In this document: piece by piece, positions 55,677 through 63,504 of the stretch
Layout of the letters: every line of letters starts with the position of its first letter
Numbering within the stretch: the stretch's first letter is position 1
Assembly (NCBI GenBank): GCA_043797125.1
Contig: JAZDPX010000013.1
Location: 9,180 to 73,179 of the forward strand
From: Candidatus Omnitrophota bacterium
GTDB taxonomy: Bacteria > Omnitrophota > Gorgyraeia > JABMRG01 > JAFGKX01
DNA length: 64,000 nt
Direction: 5' to 3'
The notes under the pieces: model-generated
Database searches by the model: none
Told to the model about the DNA's origin: nothing
What the model saw: only the letters and a program-made list of their open reading frames with translations
Program-made: the position numbers and the translations under genes

Positions 55677-56411
55677 TCATCCTAACATTTTAAGCAGCGC
55701 CATAAAAACAATACCCAAAACGAAAGTCACAAAAGCAATGTTTGCCCTTTTTGCGTCTTTCTGCTTATGAAGTTCCGGTATTAAATCAGAGGCCGCAATA
55801 TATATAAAGCCTCCGGCAGTAATGGCTAACAAATAGAATGTAACGCCTTCTATAACGCTGGAGAGCAGGTATCCGATAACAGCGCCTAAAACAGCTGTAA
55901 GCGCGCATATAAAGTTTGCCAGCAAGGCCTTCTGTTTGCTAAAGCCTCCATAAACCAATATCCCAAAATCGCCCATCTCTTGGGGAATTTCATGGAATAC
56001 AACAGCCAAAGTAGTAGCAATACCTAATTTAAAGTCAGTCATAAAGCTTGCTGCTATAACAAGCCCGTCCATAAAATTATGAAAGCCGTCGCCTATAAGG
56101 CTTAAATATGTAAAGGCGTGAATCTCACAAACGCCTTCATGGCAATGCCTCCAGTGAAAATATCTTTCCAGCATAAAAAATAAGCAAAAGCCGATTATTG
56201 TGTATAAAAAAGCCGTGCTGCTGCCGCATTCTTCTATAGCCTCCGGCAAAAGATGCAAAAACGCGCCGCCAATTAAACCCCCTGCCGCGAAACCTATAAG
56301 CAGCACAAGTATCTTTTCCATGGAATTTTTCTTCATCCCAAAGGTAAAAATACCTATCAGTGAAATAGCGCTAACTATTATGGTCGCTGTTAAAATCCAT
56401 ATTAATGTCAT
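55677..56411 (-). CDS. ZIP-family divalent metal transporter (ZupT-like)
   Basis: HEIPQEMGDFGIL signature and eight TM helices. Confidence 0.8.
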   Translation of the reverse strand: MTLIWILTATIIVSAISLIGIFTFGMKKNSMEKILVLLIGFAAGGLIGGAFLHLLPEAIEECGSSTAFLYTIIGFCLFFMLERYFHWRHCHEGVCEIHAFTYLSLIGDGFHNFMDGLVIAASFMTDFKLGIATTLAVVFHEIPQEMGDFGILVYGGFSKQKALLANFICALTAVLGAVIGYLLSSVIEGVTFYLLAITAGGFIYIAASDLIPELHKQKDAKRANIAFVTFVLGIVFMALLKMLG

Positions 56412-56420
56412 ATAAGCCTT

Positions 56421-56657
56421 TTAAATATCGAGCGCGCTGCTTATTGCCTGGGGGTCGAAACCTACGATTGCCTCATCATCAATAAGCACCACAGGCACAC
56501 CCATCTGGCCGGTCTTGTTTATCATCTCTTCCACTTTCGCGGGATCTGCCGAAACATCTATCTCTTCAAAAACAACGTTGTTTTCCTTTAAAAATTGCTT
56601 GACCTTGATGCAGTACGGGCAGGTCGGGGTGCTGTATACTGTTACTTTTTTGCTCAT
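56421..56657 (-). CDS. glutaredoxin-like protein (NrdH/YruB-type)
   Basis: 78 aa with a CPYC active site. Confidence 0.8.
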   Translation of the reverse strand: MSKKVTVYSTPTCPYCIKVKQFLKENNVVFEEIDVSADPAKVEEMINKTGQMGVPVVLIDDEAIVGFDPQAISSALDI

Positions 56658-56674
56658 GCTCAGCTCTCTTGTTT

Positions 56675-57118
56675 TTACAGGATTGTCTCGTTAATCCACG
56701 CGCCGTGCAGGTTACATAACGCTATCGCGGTAAGCTTGCCGCTATTTGCCTTAAGGTGAAGGCTAGCTGCGGGATTAAGCTTGCCCGGTGTTAATATAAC
56801 CCTGGCAATGAATTCTTTATCAACATAGAAGTCGATATGAATAATATAATGTTCAGCCAGCATCGGGTGCCCAACTTCGCCAAGCCTTACATGCACATCT
56901 GTGCAGCCATCCGGAATAAGGCCGCATTTTTTCACAACATTAATAACAGGCACATGTTTTTTCTCAAGGTCAGTTTTATTTTTCGGATCTTGCGGCGTTT
57001 TAACAGCGTCGTCTTTTTCCTGAAAAGCAGACTTTGGCGCGTGGCACACAGGACAAAACTCAGGCGCGCTCCCGTTAATCGCAATATATCCACAAATTTT
57101 GCATACAATCCCTTTCAT
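56675..57118 (-). CDS. superoxide reductase (desulfoferrodoxin-like) with rubredoxin-type N-terminal domain
   Basis: N-terminal CKICGY...CPVCH and the SOR centre motif EKKHVPV. ATG at 57118 is preceded by a GGGAGG SD. The track start 57151 falls inside the intergenic nested inverted repeat. Confidence 0.75.
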   Translation of the reverse strand: MKGIVCKICGYIAINGSAPEFCPVCHAPKSAFQEKDDAVKTPQDPKNKTDLEKKHVPVINVVKKCGLIPDGCTDVHVRLGEVGHPMLAEHYIIHIDFYVDKEFIARVILTPGKLNPAASLHLKANSGKLTAIALCNLHGAWINETIL

Positions 57119-57132
57119 GAAACCTCCCTCAT

Positions 57133-57227
57133 GGGGACGGTTCTCACCCAAGATTGAGAAGTGTCCCCGCTATACTGTTTCTCTTCGGTTAGGGGACATT
57201 TCTCACGCTTGGGCGAGAACCGTCCCC
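57133..57227. repeat. nested inverted-repeat element between rubrerythrin and SOR genes
   Basis: Outer arms GGGGACGGTTCTCACCCAAG (57133-57152) and CTTGGGCGAGAACCGTCCCC (57208-57227), with 1 mismatch. Inner arms GAGAAGTGTCCCC (57156-57168) and GGGGACATTTCTC (57192-57204). Confidence 0.7.
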
Positions 57228-57233
57228 TTTCTT

Positions 57234-57824
57234 TTAGTAGTTCTCGCACAGCACTTCGTAATACGCCTGCGGGTGCTTGCACGCCGGGCACTCATCCGGA
57301 GCAACTTTACTTTCATGCACGTATCCGCAATTTCTGCAATGCCATTTTACAATTGCGTCTTTCTTAAATACCTTATTCCCTTTTACATTTGCCAAAAGCT
57401 TCTTGTATCTTTTCTCATGCTCTTCCTCAACTTCCGCTATCTCTTTGAATTGGACCGCTATTTCCTCAAAGCCTTCTTTGCGCGCCGTATCTTCTGCCTC
57501 TTTATACAGCTTTGTCCATTCAAGATTCTCGCCTGCCGCGGCAGCTGCAAGATTCTGCGCAGTATCAGCTATTACGCCGGCAGGATAAGACGCTGTAATT
57601 TTTACCTCGCCGCCCTGTAAATATTTGAAGAATCTCTTGGCATGTTCCTTTTCGTTTTCAGCGGTCTCTAAAAATATCGCTGATATTTGTTCATACCCTG
57701 CCTTTTTTGCGACGCTCGCAAAATAGGTGTAGCGGTTTCTTGCCTGAGATTCGCCTGCAAATGAGGCAAGCAGGTTCTGCTCCGTCTTTGTGCCTTTTAG
57801 GCTTTTTTGTTTTGTCGCTTCCAT
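57234..57824 (-). CDS. rbr: rubrerythrin
   Basis: Ferritin-like di-iron domain (E..EKEHA, EEEHEKR) with a C-terminal rubredoxin domain (CRNCGY...CPACKHP). The internal ATG at 57824 has an AGGGAGGAG SD. Confidence 0.85.
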   Translation of the reverse strand: MEATKQKSLKGTKTEQNLLASFAGESQARNRYTYFASVAKKAGYEQISAIFLETAENEKEHAKRFFKYLQGGEVKITASYPAGVIADTAQNLAAAAAGENLEWTKLYKEAEDTARKEGFEEIAVQFKEIAEVEEEHEKRYKKLLANVKGNKVFKKDAIVKWHCRNCGYVHESKVAPDECPACKHPQAYYEVLCENY

Positions 57825-57859
57825 AATTTTCTCCTCCCTCATACTGTTACGTCACCCAA

Positions 57860-57897
57860 GTAGCGCAGGCTTAAGCCTGCGCTACTGCTGTGGATAA
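57860..57897. repeat. repeat B variant (GTAGCGCAGGCTTAAGCCTGCGCTAC) plus TGTGGATAA tail
   Basis: The central TTAA provides the stop codon of the PNPOx-like gene. Tail at 57889-57897. Confidence 0.9.
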
Positions 57898-58359
57898 CCT
57901 ATGCGGCGTTAAATCGACTATCTCGTAGACTTCCACGTCTATCAGGTACTCCGGCTCTGGCAGAAATATCTCCGGGTGCGCCTTGTGGCCTTTTTCGCCT
58001 TTTATGTTGCGCAGGATTCTTTGAGTAATCCTGCTTGTTATCCTTTCATCCCATGCCTTTTTTACGCTTGATTTAAGTTTTTTATTTTCCGCTATAGTCG
58101 CTTTTCCCTTCAGGCAGCAGCCTCTGAATTTATGCTCATCAACGGCTGTGAGGCTTATGTTCGGGTTTTGCCTTAGGTTCTGGCTTGTCCTTGCCTTGTA
58201 AAGATCCAGTAAATACACGTGGCCGTTCTTGTCAATTTCAACTATGCCCTTACAGGAAGCGTGCGGCGTACCGTTTTCATCTATGGTTGAAACAATGACA
58301 AAACCCTGCCGAAGCAGAAACAGGACTGTCGCCTCAGGTATAGGAATGGGGGTTGGCAT
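57871..58359 (-). CDS. pyridoxamine 5'-phosphate oxidase-like FMN-binding protein
   Basis: PNPOx-like split-barrel protein of 162 aa. The last 6 codons and the TAA stop are supplied by palindrome repeat B. Confidence 0.55.
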   Translation of the reverse strand: MPTPIPIPEATVLFLLRQGFVIVSTIDENGTPHASCKGIVEIDKNGHVYLLDLYKARTSQNLRQNPNISLTAVDEHKFRGCCLKGKATIAENKKLKSSVKKAWDERITSRITQRILRNIKGEKGHKAHPEIFLPEPEYLIDVEVYEIVDLTPHRLSTAVAQA

Positions 58360-58362
58360 AAA

Positions 58363-58488
58363 TTAACCCGATATCTTCTCCATGGGCTGCTCGCAGCAGA
58401 CAAGCTCGCCGCCGCCTGCCTTTGTTACAACAACTTCATTGCCGCAGATATTGCACAGATATTTTTCATTCACCTTTTCTACCGCCAT
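58363..58488 (-). CDS. desulforedoxin (small Cys4 iron protein)
   Basis: 41-aa ORF MAVEKVNEKYLCNICGNEVVVTKAGGGELVCCEQPMEKISG with the Dx signature CxxCG...GGG.LVCC and an AAGGAGG SD. It is missing from the ORF track because it is under 60 aa. Confidence 0.75.
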   Translation of the reverse strand: MAVEKVNEKYLCNICGNEVVVTKAGGGELVCCEQPMEKISG

Positions 58489-58542
58489 TTATGCCTCCTT
58501 GCCCTCGGCTCCGCCGAGAGGCGAGCCTCGCCGTCAGGCAGG

Positions 58543-58959
58543 CTATCTAAAAAAATCGAAATATACAGCCGCAATTATAGCAAGCGCCGATAAAAAGAAT
58601 ATAAAAAAGTAATTAATTGTATCCTTTTTTGAACTTAAAGCGCAAAGTATTGCGCCTATAACGTTGAAATCTTCTTTTGTTAAAGGCTTTTGGCCTCTAA
58701 TCTTATCTACCAGGTCAGCCTTGTTTATCAGTTTAGCCCTGGCGCGGTTGATATTAAATTTGTATACAAAAAACGCAAAAAAACCAATCACGCCCACATA
58801 CCAGGCAATTTTTCCGTAAATAGGGTTTATATCAATTAAAATAGTAACAATGCGAAGAGCCGCGGTCGCGATAATGCCTATTATAAAAAATATCCACGAG
58901 GCAAAACTATCCTCGCATCTTTTATTCTCCGAACAATTCAGGCATTTGTCTGTTTGCAT
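58543..58959 (-). CDS. small membrane protein with N-terminal Cys cluster
   Basis: CLNCSENKRCE followed by three TM helices. Confidence 0.5.
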   Translation of the reverse strand: MQTDKCLNCSENKRCEDSFASWIFFIIGIIATAALRIVTILIDINPIYGKIAWYVGVIGFFAFFVYKFNINRARAKLINKADLVDKIRGQKPLTKEDFNVIGAILCALSSKKDTINYFFIFFLSALAIIAAVYFDFFR

Positions 58960-58960
58960 A

Positions 58961-59605
58961 TTAATTTATTATGTTTTTTAGTTTAATTATGTCGTCTATT
59001 ACAAAATCCGGTTTTGCCTTGATTATGTCTTGCCTTTTGCCGATTCCGTAAGTAACGCCGCATGTGGCGATGCCGGCTTCTTTGCCTGCCTGTATATCCA
59101 CCGGCATATCGCCTACTATAATCGTCTTTTCCTTATTCACGTTTAGCTTGAGCATTGTTTTATTCAATGGGCAGGAAGAGGGCTTCATGCAGGCTGAATC
59201 ATCCCCGCCTAAAATATCTTCAAAATAACTTGATATCCCAAGGGCCTTTAGCGCAATTTTTGCGAATTTTGATTTTCTGTTTGTCACAACGGCTTTTCTT
59301 TTGTCGCTGAAATACTTTAACGTCTCTTTGGTGTTAGGATAGAGGGCGCTGTTGTCAGTGGAATGCTTTGTAAAATATTCCTCAAACACAAGCACCGCTT
59401 TATCCATAAGAACTGGCGCTTTTTTACCTAAAGATTTCCTGATCAGGTCATTTACGCCTGTGCCGATAAAAGCCGCTATCTGGCCTTCGCTTTTTTCGCG
59501 CAGCCCGAGGCTTTTCAGCGTAAAATTAACAGCGCTAACTATGTCCTTTTTTGAATCGACAAGCGTGCCGTCTAAGTCAAATATTATGAGGTCCACGGAT
59601 TTCAT
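58961..59605 (-). CDS. HAD-superfamily phosphatase (phosphoglycolate phosphatase-like)
   Basis: Motif I IIFDLDGTLVDS and motif IV GDMPVDIQAG. Confidence 0.8.
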   Translation of the reverse strand: MKSVDLIIFDLDGTLVDSKKDIVSAVNFTLKSLGLREKSEGQIAAFIGTGVNDLIRKSLGKKAPVLMDKAVLVFEEYFTKHSTDNSALYPNTKETLKYFSDKRKAVVTNRKSKFAKIALKALGISSYFEDILGGDDSACMKPSSCPLNKTMLKLNVNKEKTIIVGDMPVDIQAGKEAGIATCGVTYGIGKRQDIIKAKPDFVIDDIIKLKNIIN

Positions 59606-59606
59606 T

Positions 59607-60326
59607 TTAATATCCCGCGAAATTCTCCGTTACTATGCTGGTTGGTTTAAGCGATAATTTATTTCTTAAAATATCGGTCAGGGCTGCCACCATAACAGGG
59701 GGACCGCACAAGTAAAAAATTCTTTCCATATAATCCGGGATTTCCAGGGTTATCATTTTATCGTCGATATACCCAATCCTGCCCGTCCATTTGCTTTTAT
59801 CAATATCCGGGGCGGTCAGGGTATAGACGGCTCGGATATTTTTGTTGGCAGCTGCCATGTTATCAAAATCTGCCTTAAATATAATATCTTCTTCTTTATT
59901 GTTGCCGTATAAAAGTACAATATCAGCGCCCAGTTTCTTATCTGCAATAAACTTACATATGCTTCTTATCGGCGTTATACCGATTCCTCCGGAGAGAAAA
60001 GCTATTTTTTTATATTCGGGCTTGTATGTAAAAGAGCCGTAGGGCATCCTTAGCCGCGCCAAGTCGCCGAGTTTTAGTCCATCCAGCGCCTTTGAATATT
60101 CGCTTGATGTTATTCTTTTGGTGAATTCTATATGTTGACTCTCTGTAGGAGAACTTGAAAACGAGAAATGCTTGCTTTTTTCGATGCCCGCGACATTAAT
60201 TTTAACAAAAAAATACTGCCCTGCCTGAAAATCAGCGCCTTGCCTTGTCTTAAACCTGAAACTTTTTACTCCCGGGGCTCTTTTTATTACGTCTGTTACT
60301 TCGGTGTCAAATTCCACGACGCCCAT
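59607..60326 (-). CDS. FNR-family FAD/NAD(P)H oxidoreductase
   Basis: FAD (HFSFSS) and NAD (GGIGITPIRS) motifs; no Fe-S domain. Confidence 0.7.
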   Translation of the reverse strand: MGVVEFDTEVTDVIKRAPGVKSFRFKTRQGADFQAGQYFFVKINVAGIEKSKHFSFSSSPTESQHIEFTKRITSSEYSKALDGLKLGDLARLRMPYGSFTYKPEYKKIAFLSGGIGITPIRSICKFIADKKLGADIVLLYGNNKEEDIIFKADFDNMAAANKNIRAVYTLTAPDIDKSKWTGRIGYIDDKMITLEIPDYMERIFYLCGPPVMVAALTDILRNKLSLKPTSIVTENFAGY

Positions 60327-60327
60327 A

Positions 60328-60549
60328 TCAGACCGCGATTACTTTTTTTACCTGGGGGACTTCTTTTCTTATGGTCTGCTCAACGCCTGCTTTTAAAGTC
60401 ATCTGGCTCATCGGGCAATGGCTGCACGCGCCTGTCAGCTTCACCTTCACTACGCCGTCGGCTGACACGTCCACAAGTTTTACGTCGCCGCCGTCTGCCT
60501 GAAGCGACGGCCTTATTTTATTTAAAGCAGCTTCCACCTTATCTTTCAT
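60328..60549 (-). CDS. NifU C-terminal-domain (Nfu-type) Fe-S assembly protein
   Basis: 73 aa with a CxxC motif (LTGACSHCP). Confidence 0.75.
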   Translation of the reverse strand: MKDKVEAALNKIRPSLQADGGDVKLVDVSADGVVKVKLTGACSHCPMSQMTLKAGVEQTIRKEVPQVKKVIAV

Positions 60550-60587
60550 ATTTTATTTCCTCCTATCTAATGCTCATATATCATCAA

Positions 60588-60625
60588 GTAGCGGAGCCTT
60601 AAGGCTCCGCTACAGCTGTGGATAA
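60588..60625. repeat. repeat B palindrome plus TGTGGATAA tail
   Basis: Core at 60588-60613 and tail at 60617-60625, which abuts the ferritin stop. Confidence 0.9.
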
Positions 60626-61126
60626 CTATTTCCTCTCTGTCAATTCCAAGTCTATCTTTGCAAGGCCTTCTTTAGCTGTCCCAACGGATTTAATCTTTTC
60701 CAAAATTCCCGCAGGAGCTGCCTCCTCTTCCATCTGTTCCTTTACAAACCACTGCAGATATTCAGCTGTCTTTTCATCCTTTTCCGCCTTTGCCAGGCTA
60801 ACAAGGCCGTTTATTAAGCCTGTCACCTTTTTTTCGTGCTCTAATGTCCTTTTAAACAGTTCCGGAGCGGATGTAAAATCCTGAGGCGGCGTCTCGATAT
60901 CTTCCAGGATAACTTTATTCCCTTGAGAAATTATATAGTCAAACAGCTTATCCGCGTGAAAAAGCTCTTCCTTAAACTGTATCTTAAACCAGTTCGCGAA
61001 GCCCTTCAGGCCTAAAGATGCGGCATAGGCAGCCATGCCTAAATAGAAATAGCCAGAATAAATTTCCCTGTTAACCTGATAATTAAGCGCCTTTGCCAAA
61101 TTTTTGCTTAGCATTTTTGACTCCAA
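60626..61126 (-). CDS. ferritin (non-haem, bacterial type)
   Basis: Ferritin-like di-iron ligands (EELFHADKLFDYI; E..HEK). Confidence 0.8.
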   Translation of the reverse strand: MESKMLSKNLAKALNYQVNREIYSGYFYLGMAAYAASLGLKGFANWFKIQFKEELFHADKLFDYIISQGNKVILEDIETPPQDFTSAPELFKRTLEHEKKVTGLINGLVSLAKAEKDEKTAEYLQWFVKEQMEEEAAPAGILEKIKSVGTAKEGLAKIDLELTERK

Positions 61127-61139
61127 TAAACTACCTTGG

Positions 61140-61177
61140 GTAGCGCAGGCTTAAGCCTGCGCTACGGTTGTGGATAA
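61140..61177. repeat. repeat B variant plus TGTGGATAA tail
   Basis: Core at 61140-61165 and tail at 61169-61177. Confidence 0.9.
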
Positions 61178-61230
61178 CTTTTTTGTTATTGCCTAAATAT
61201 ACAATACATCAACCGGTTTGTAAAGAATTA

Positions 61231-61527
61231 TTATAAATCGTAACGACCTTTTTGCCTGTCTGCCAGCTCTCCTACCTTGCTTTTGTTCCAGTTCTCTATT
61301 TTTGAATAATAGCCCACAACGCGCGTGACATGCTGCACGTCCTTTCCTTGAATTATCTGCCTGTGCAGAGCCGGCCAATCGTTATTTTCTATAGCATCTT
61401 CGGAAAAATGAGCTTTTGTATCGAGCTTCTCAGAACGCACAAAATATCCTTTATTGCCGTCATGTTCGCCCTCTGCCCACTCATAGCCGTAATCTACGCA
61501 TTTGTTTATAAACTCATTTGTCTTCAT
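61231..61527 (-). CDS. small protein with anaerobic-RNR (NrdD) C-terminal-like glycyl-radical motif (tentative)
   Basis: 98 aa containing VTRVVGYYSKIENWNKSKVGELADRQ, which resembles the RVxGY glycyl-radical loop and the following W-N-x-GK segment of class III RNR. Confidence 0.4.
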   Translation of the reverse strand: MKTNEFINKCVDYGYEWAEGEHDGNKGYFVRSEKLDTKAHFSEDAIENNDWPALHRQIIQGKDVQHVTRVVGYYSKIENWNKSKVGELADRQKGRYDL

Positions 61528-61537
61528 ATTGCCCCCT

Positions 61538-62260
61538 CTATTTTTTTATATCGCCCTGGATGCCTATTGTTATTTCCTTTATGGGAATATTTTTGCCGGA
61601 TATGCCTAATGCCTCTTTAGCGATATTAATCAGTCCGAAACAGCAAGGCACTTCCATGTGCACGCATGTTATGGATTTTATATTATTATGCTTGAAAATA
61701 TCAGCAACCTTTTCTTTGTAATACTCTGCGTCATCAAGCTTCGGGCAACCCACCAAAAGAACCTTGCCTTTTAACAGCTCCTCATGAAAATCAGCATAAG
61801 CAAAAGGCACGCAGTCTCCGACTATGAGCAAATCAGCATCTTGTAAATATGGCGCGTGCGCAGGCACAAGTTTAATCTGCACCGGCCATTGATTTAGCTG
61901 GCTTTGGGCTGCCTGCTTTGGGCTGCCTGCCCCGTACCCGAGCGAAGCGAGTGGTACGGGGTGGGCTTTCTTAAACTGCATTACTTTTGTACCCGGACAG
62001 CCACATTCAAGCGGCTTGGAAGCTGCCAGATGGTCTTTAACCTTCTTCTCGTCAAATGCCTTGGCTTCTCTTTCCTCTATAGTAATAGCGCCCTGCGGGC
62101 AATGCCCTAAACACGCGCCCAGACCATCGCAGAATACCTCGCTTACAAGCCGGGCCTTACCGTTAACAATCTTGAGCGCCCCTTCCTGGCAATTAGGGAC
62201 GCATAAGCCGCAGCCGTTACATTTTGACTCATCTATATTGATTATTTTTCTCTTTGCCAT
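61538..62260 (-). CDS. 2x[4Fe-4S] ferredoxin fused to MvhD/FlpD-like Cys domain (tentative)
   Basis: CNGCGLCVPNC and CDGLGACLGHCP, plus C-terminal cysteines (GDC...GCP...PCC). The linker GSPKQAAQSQ is encoded by a heptamer repeat at 61901-61935. Confidence 0.6.
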   Translation of the reverse strand: MAKRKIINIDESKCNGCGLCVPNCQEGALKIVNGKARLVSEVFCDGLGACLGHCPQGAITIEEREAKAFDEKKVKDHLAASKPLECGCPGTKVMQFKKAHPVPLASLGYGAGSPKQAAQSQLNQWPVQIKLVPAHAPYLQDADLLIVGDCVPFAYADFHEELLKGKVLLVGCPKLDDAEYYKEKVADIFKHNNIKSITCVHMEVPCCFGLINIAKEALGISGKNIPIKEITIGIQGDIKK

Positions 62261-62275
62261 ATGTTTTAACCTTTT

Positions 62276-62674
62276 TTATTTTATAAAAGATGCGATATTA
62301 ATAGCATTCAATTCGGATATAACGTACTTCTCTATGCAATCTATTTTTTCTTTTATGTTACAGCATTTTACATTCGGGCATTTCTTTTTCTTAAAAGTAT
62401 GGTCATTAAACATAACCGGCCCCTGGAAAATCGCTACTATGCCAGCCAAAGAAATTTTCTCAGGGCCCACAAGCAGGGCAAAGCCGCCGCCTTTACCTTT
62501 ATACGAACGTATCAAGTCCTTTTTGCTTAGGATCTGGAGTATCTTTCTTAAAAACGGCCTTGGTATCTTTAATGCTTTCACCAGCTCGCTTACAGAAACT
62601 ATTTTTTCTTTCTGTTTTGCGATACAGCAAAGCGCCCTAACAGCATAATCAGTATCTCTCGTAATTAATTTCAC
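62276..62674 (-). CDS. Rrf2-family transcriptional regulator (IscR-like, Cys-ligand type)
   Basis: N-terminal wHTH and a C..CC..C cluster (CPNVKCCNIKEKIDC). Start codon is GTG. Confidence 0.8.
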   Translation of the reverse strand: MKLITRDTDYAVRALCCIAKQKEKIVSVSELVKALKIPRPFLRKILQILSKKDLIRSYKGKGGGFALLVGPEKISLAGIVAIFQGPVMFNDHTFKKKKCPNVKCCNIKEKIDCIEKYVISELNAINIASFIK

Positions 62675-62849
62675 TCTTTATCCTTTATCCTTTATCCTTT
62701 AACCTTTAACCTTTTAAAAAAGAGGCCTTTTAAAGTCATGCCCAGGACACTATACTGCAGCCCTCTTTACAATGAGCTACAGGCCTTAGTTTAAACCTAT
62801 CTGTCCACATATTTGCCTCCTCTTCTAAAATACCTTTTAGCTTTATTAT

Positions 62850-62879
62850 AATGATACCATATTAGTATCATTTTGTCAA
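62850..62879 (-). promoter_or_regulatory. sigma-70 promoter with embedded palindromic operator upstream of Rrf2 gene
   Basis: The minus strand reads TTGACA, 17 nt, TATCAT, TATAAT. The palindrome AATGATAC-catatta-GTATCATT (62850-62872) spans the spacer and the -10. Confidence 0.5.
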
Positions 62880-62892
62880 GAGAAAAAAATTA

Positions 62893-63504
62893 TTATTCTT
62901 TGAAATGCTTTTTTATGTAGTCCTGCAAAAGGCGCGCCGCCTCATCCTTGCACTGGCCGCACACCGTGCCTATCTTTGTCTTTTCCTGCAGCTGATAGAG
63001 AGTCCTCGCGCCCTCAAGTACAGCGTCTTCTATCTCTTTATCCGTAACGTTCATACATTTACACACCACGCGCGCTTGCTGCTTTTCGATTTTGCCGGTT
63101 ATGCCGTTTCTTTTATAATAATCCTCTATCGCGGCGCGCAACGCCTTGTCTCCGAGAACAGAGCAGTGTATTTTGTGTTCAGGCAGGCCGTCAAGTTTTT
63201 TGGCAATATCTTTCGGGGAAAGTTTATACGCTTCTTCCAAAGGCATGCCCTTTACCATTTCAGACATTGCAGAAGTGCTGGCAATAGCGCTTGCGCAGCC
63301 GTAGGTCTTCCACTTGCAATCCGTTATTATGCCTTTGGTTTTATCGACTTTTATAGCGACCATCATCTCGTCGCCGCACTTTATGTTTCCCACAACGCCT
63401 TTGCCGTCATCCTTGTAAGCCTCTTCGTCCTCAAGGATGTTTCTCGGATGCATAAAGTGGTCTTTTACCTTTTCCGTATATATCCAATTATTCTTTTCTT
63501 CCAT
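62893..63504 (-). CDS. nifU: NifU-type Fe-S scaffold (IscU domain + BFD-like [2Fe-2S] domain)
   Basis: IscU motifs (GNIKCGDEM; CKWKTYGCASAIAS) and BFD-like CKCMNVT...CGQCK. Confidence 0.85.
   Translation of the reverse strand: MEEKNNWIYTEKVKDHFMHPRNILEDEEAYKDDGKGVVGNIKCGDEMMVAIKVDKTKGIITDCKWKTYGCASAIASTSAMSEMVKGMPLEEAYKLSPKDIAKKLDGLPEHKIHCSVLGDKALRAAIEDYYKRNGITGKIEKQQARVVCKCMNVTDKEIEDAVLEGARTLYQLQEKTKIGTVCGQCKDEAARLLQDYIKKHFKE

Noticed and set aside
58490-58542. Two short GC hairpins (CTCGGC-tcc-GCCGAG and GGCGAG-c-CTCGCC) as a terminator before the desulforedoxin gene
   Set aside because: No U-tract follows on the transcribed strand, and the genes appear co-transcribed. It is kept only as a note.
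49151-61177. Cluster of perfect DnaA boxes (TGTGGATAA) as a possible replication origin
   Set aside because: The boxes are single copies, each tied to a repeat-B palindrome inside operon spacers. They are spread over 12 kb. There is no AT-rich unwinding element and no dnaA or dnaN nearby. They are repeat-element tails, not an oriC.
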